64,000 bases of DNA from Podarcis muralis (lineage: Eukaryota). Within the stretch, counting starts at the first letter, position 1. Each line of letters begins with the position of its first letter. The position numbers and the translations under genes were made by a program. The notes beneath the pieces were generated by a model. That model saw nothing but the letters and a program-made list of their open reading frames with translations, ran no database searches and was not told the DNA's origin. The stretch spans positions 1,178,001 to 1,242,000 of the forward strand of contig NC_135670.1 of assembly GCF_964188315.1 (NCBI RefSeq), in the 5' to 3' direction. Positions 60,301-64,000 of this stretch are shown here, in pieces.

Positions 60301-63300
60301 TGCGGCACTCATCTCGCTTTATTGGCCGAGGGAGCCGGCGTACAGCTTCTGGGTCATGTGGCCAGCATGACTAAGCCGCTTCTGGCGAACCAGAGCAGCA
60401 CACGGAAACGCCGTTTACCTTCCCGCTGGAGCGGTACCTATTTATCTACTTGCACTTTGACGTGCTTTTGAACTGCTAGGTGGGCAGGAGCAGGGACTGA
60501 GCAACCGGAGCTCACCCCGTCGTGGGGATTCGAACCGCCGACCTTCTGATCGGCAAGTCCTAGGCTCTGTGGTTTAACCCACAGCGCCACCCACGTAAAA
60601 TAATTAACCTAGTAAATTAATTGGGGCTAATTCAATTTCCTTAGGTAAGAACAAAGTAATACACAATAGTTGGGGTTTTTCCCGGTCTGAGAGCTGTGTC
60701 ATTTTGTGGGAACACCTTCCTGGGGGTACGTTGCCAGTGGCAGGAAGGCTAGGAGGCAAAAGTGGGCATACGCAAAGCAGTTTACAAAAAGATGAGACAA
60801 GGAAATCAAGGAAAAATTACTGCCCAACTTTAAAACACATATCTGCTCAGAAATATATCCTAGTAAAGTAAAGGTAAAGGGACTCCTGACCATTAGGTCC
60901 TGTTGCGGATGACTCTGGGGTGGCGGCACTCATCTCACTTTATTGGCCAAGGGAGCCGGCATACAGCTTCCGGGTCATGTGGCCAGCATGACTAAGCCGC
61001 TTCTGGCGAACCAGAGCAGCACATGGAAACGCCGTTTACCTTCCCGCCGGAGTGGTACCTATTTATCTACTTGCATTCTGACTGCTTTCGAACTGCAGTT
61101 TAGTATTTTAACACTAAAGTTAAAATACTGAAACTTTAAAACACACTAAAGTTAAAATAAGGGACGCGGGTGGTGCTGTGGGTAAAAGCCTCAGCGCCTA
61201 GGGCTTGCCAATCAAAAGGTCGGCGGTTCGAATCCCTGCGGCAGGGTGCGCTCCCGATGTTCGGTCCCAGCGCCTGCCAACCTAGCAGTTCGAAAGCACC
61301 CTTAAAGTGCAAGTAGATAAATAGGGACCGCTTACTAGCGGGAAGGTAAACGGCGTTTCCGTGTGCGGCTCTGGCTCGCCAGAGCAGCGATGTCACGCTG
61401 GCCACGTGACCCGGAAGTGTCTCTGGACAGCGCTGGCCCCCGGCCTCTTGAGTGAGATGGGCGCACAGCCCTAGAGTCTGTCAAGACTGGCCCGTACGGG
61501 CAGGGGTACCTTTACCTTTACCTTTAAAGTTAAAATACTGAAACAGATTCAAATTACCTTAACTTTCTAAGCAACTGAGCAGGTTTGTCTAAACTAGGCA
61601 TGTCCAAAGTCCGTTTCGGGGGCCTAATCCAGCCCGCCAGCCAGTTTAATCTAGCCCCTCTGGCAGATTATTTCCTGGGGTAAAATCCTAAAAAAAAACC
61701 CTTAACAACTTCAATCCTAAAAGAAGCTTGACAACTCCAACCCCCCAAAAAGGTCAGCAACTTTGGTTGGCCCTTTGGTTGGCCCCCACGGCCCTTTACT
61801 TCATCAAATCTGGCCCTCTTTGGAAAAAGTTTGGACACCACTGGTCTAAACAATATATGGAAACTACAGAAAGGAAATTGATGTGATGAGTCTGACTAGC
61901 TGCTTGGACCTATTTTTTGAAGAGAGCTCAAAACGAAATCCATGCATACTATTCTGTGTGCCACTATAATGCTCTAGCCCAAGTCATAGATGTTTATGAG
62001 TGAGGAGTCATTTACCTGCCAGGGCTCCACTTGCCAAGAATGCAGCTTGCCTCTACTTTCAATGTTTCTGTGGTTGGAGCTAGCTGAGTATTTGACACGT
62101 AAGGCATGGACTACAGCATAAACAGCATTATAGATACTATAGCTATGGCCTGTCATCTTCAACTGAAAAAATTGTGCAGGAAGGTTCTCCAGCTTCTCCT
62201 CACCAGTACACGCTCCATCAATATCTATAGAGCCATCAGAATTTGGAACAAAGCAGTCAAATGCTTGCTCCCAGAAATCTTTGATAAAGCCATCCCCTTT
62301 CGGTTGGGTAGGACTCATACTCTGAACAAATGTTTGGAAACCTGGAATGTCTTTTGAAGGAATTGTGAAGGAGATGGCTCCGTGGAACACCTGGATATCC
62401 CAGTTTCTTTGGAATAGAAATAGTGCTAAATCAATCTGGGCTGTCGTAATCCATACTTTCCCCAAAGGTGCCTTTGCATTGTAGTAAAGATTACCAGCAA
62501 GAGACTCTTTGATCCCAAAGATAATGGCAGCCAACCACCTGAGGTTTGACGTTTTCCCATATATAACGATTGCATTGGCTTTGCTGTCCCTAAAAATAGG
62601 AATACTTTCCAATATGTATTTGTTCATATCGCCCATTTCCAATATACGGATATTAGCTGGAACTTTGTTGGTGAAGGCTGAGCAGATGCCATTCTCGGAA
62701 AGCATGGCTTCTATAGTCTGCAGGAAATGCTGTCCCCCATCATCATCAAAACTCATCAAACCAATCCATTTCCATTTGAAATGCAGAAGCAACTGGACAA
62801 TTCCTTGGTACTGTAGAGATTCATTGGGAACCATGCGGTAAAAGGAGGGGAACCCAATGTGATCATTCACTGCTGGATGAAATGAGCCATAAGAAAACTA
62901 AAATATAAAAAAAGTAATAGACAGGTAGTTATCTGAAGACTCTGTAAGGAATCATTGCTGTCCAACACTTATCATTTCATGGTTTTATTCTTGCAATAAA
63001 ATTCTAGATGCATATTTTTTATTATTTCCAAGGCCAGAGTCAGTAGTTGGAATTGCACCCAGAAACAAATATGGATGCAATGTTCCATTCTACGTAGTGT
63101 GCACCTCTAAACAAACATCAGACTGGTGTCCAGCCTGTGAGTTCTGTATATTTCTTCAATAGCAGTCCCAAACAGATTTTATTGCAATAATCTACTCAGG
63201 AAATTATGAAAGCATGAAGGAGAGTGGCAAGCAGCCAAGAGAGCTAGAGAGTTCTTGGGGGGGGGGGGTGGAATACCACCTGGGCATTCAGAATCAGACT

Positions 63301-64000
63301 TCTTGCCATGTTACCTCCAAGGTGAGGCAGGCAGGCTAATCTAATAAGACTGTCCTCCAGCTCCATGATCAGTTTAACTACCCTACCACCTTCCCCATCT
63401 TCCATGATTTCATGTATTTATTGACCTCAATCCATCCTCTTACTCACAACACACATTTTCTGAGGGCATCTGTAGGAGAGTTTTGTTATTAGTGATTGTT
63501 GTTTACGGATTGTGCTTCTGATAGATTCTGGTTTACTTGTTGGCATCCATCTTCCTTGAGAGACAAGGAGTTGAAGCCAAACCACTGTGTTAGCAACACC
63601 AAAGTGACCTCCCCAGGGTGCAAGCCTGGGCAGTGTATATGGAGGGCCTGGGCTGCCTAGATGACAAGTCCCCCCTCTTGGCCATGCTGTTGTGGTCCAA
63701 AGGAAAGCAGAGCAAGATGTTTTTGTTTGTTTATTTGTTTGTTTTGAATATGGGCTACCTTCCCAGGTTGACAATCCCCATCTGCCCCTTTATTTACTAG
63801 TTTTATTATAAACCATTGCACGGCCTGTGCAAAAAATGGAATATAAATCTAAAAATAAAATATTCATCATTTTGAAAATACTTCCCCATGAACTCCTCAC
63901 CTGTGGAATCTTGTAACGTCCCAAGACATCTGCCATCTGTGAGGAGGTATCAGACCGAAGTCCACCAATGACTCCCATTAGGTGTGTTCTGCTGCCACAT
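56334..64000 (-). CDS. V2R gene 6: vomeronasal type-2 receptor, close paralog of gene 5, 5' end beyond window
   Basis: Exons (minus) >64000-63901 (partial exon 2), 62897-62016, 60125-59898, 58085-57959, 57235-56334. Frames open, canonical splice sites. Confidence 0.93.
57252..57322. repeat. Compound (TA)n/(TG)n microsatellite near the gene 6 exon-6 acceptor
   Basis: Direct reading. Confidence 0.95.
58176..58311. mobile_element. hAT MITE
   Basis: TIRs CAGTGTTTCCCAACCTTGGGCCTCCAGCTG and reverse complement, 8-bp TSD ACATATGT. Confidence 0.92.
59291..59508. mobile_element. Tigger-like MITE
   Basis: TA|CAGTGGTACCT...AGGTACCACTG|TA. Confidence 0.88.
60243..60597 (-). mobile_element. Sauria SINE, near full length
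   Basis: Tail TAAAGTAAAGGTAAAGGG at left, head ...CACAGCGCCACCCACGT at right. Imperfect TSD ..CCTAGTAAA. Confidence 0.9.
60838..61096 (-). repeat. Copy of 60217-60476 (26-nt flank + SINE 3' part)
   Basis: Shares the flank CATATCTGCTCAGAAATATATCCTAG and diagnostic GGGACTCCTGACC / GGTCCTGTTGCGGA. Confidence 0.9.
61161..61525 (+). mobile_element. Sauria SINE, different subfamily
   Basis: GGGACGCGGGTGG head, (ACCTTT)n tail, TSD TAAAGTTAAAATA. Confidence 0.9.
61595..61843. mobile_element. hAT MITE
   Basis: Imperfect TIRs (TAGGCATGTCCAAA / TTTGGACACCACTG), 8-bp TSD GTCTAAAC. Confidence 0.85.
63535..63690 (+). mobile_element. Interspersed repeat fragment related to 45715-45835
   Basis: Shared GTTGGCATCCATCT..GAGAGACAA..AAACCACTG.GTTAGCA. 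Confidence 0.45.

Overview
Eukaryotic (vertebrate) genomic DNA from a squamate reptile. The Sauria SINE, BovB, L2 and CR1 repeats point to a lizard, probably a lacertid (inference). The window is a tandem cluster of vomeronasal type-2 receptor (V2R, class C GPCR) genes: five complete 6-exon genes and one whose 5' end runs off the window, oriented + - + + - -. I traced every exon through GT/AG sites by hand. All reading frames splice together without stops (exon sizes about 218-266/292/843-882/222-228/127/902-920 nt). Genes 1-4 and genes 5-6 form two sequence groups. Introns and spacers are full of SINEs, LINE fragments, MITEs and LTR-like pieces, many with readable target-site duplications (TSDs). 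The most notable observations: (i) exon 6 (7TM) of genes 5 and 6 is ~98% identical while their exons 3 and 5 are only ~70% (aa) and ~83% (nt) identical, i.e. exon-restricted gene conversion; (ii) position-conserved promoter boxes upstream of genes 2-4; (iii) a TSD-flanked solo LTR carrying an intact 126-aa ORF with an HMGN-like basic motif; (iv) three local copy events whose donors all end just upstream of a 3' splice site; (v) hidden exon relics (a dead second exon 1 in gene 4 and an in-frame echo of the exon 3 end in gene 1); (vi) loss of the ancestral ATG in gene 4. All identity figures are by-eye counts. No prokaryotic features (CRISPR, rRNA, operons) are present.
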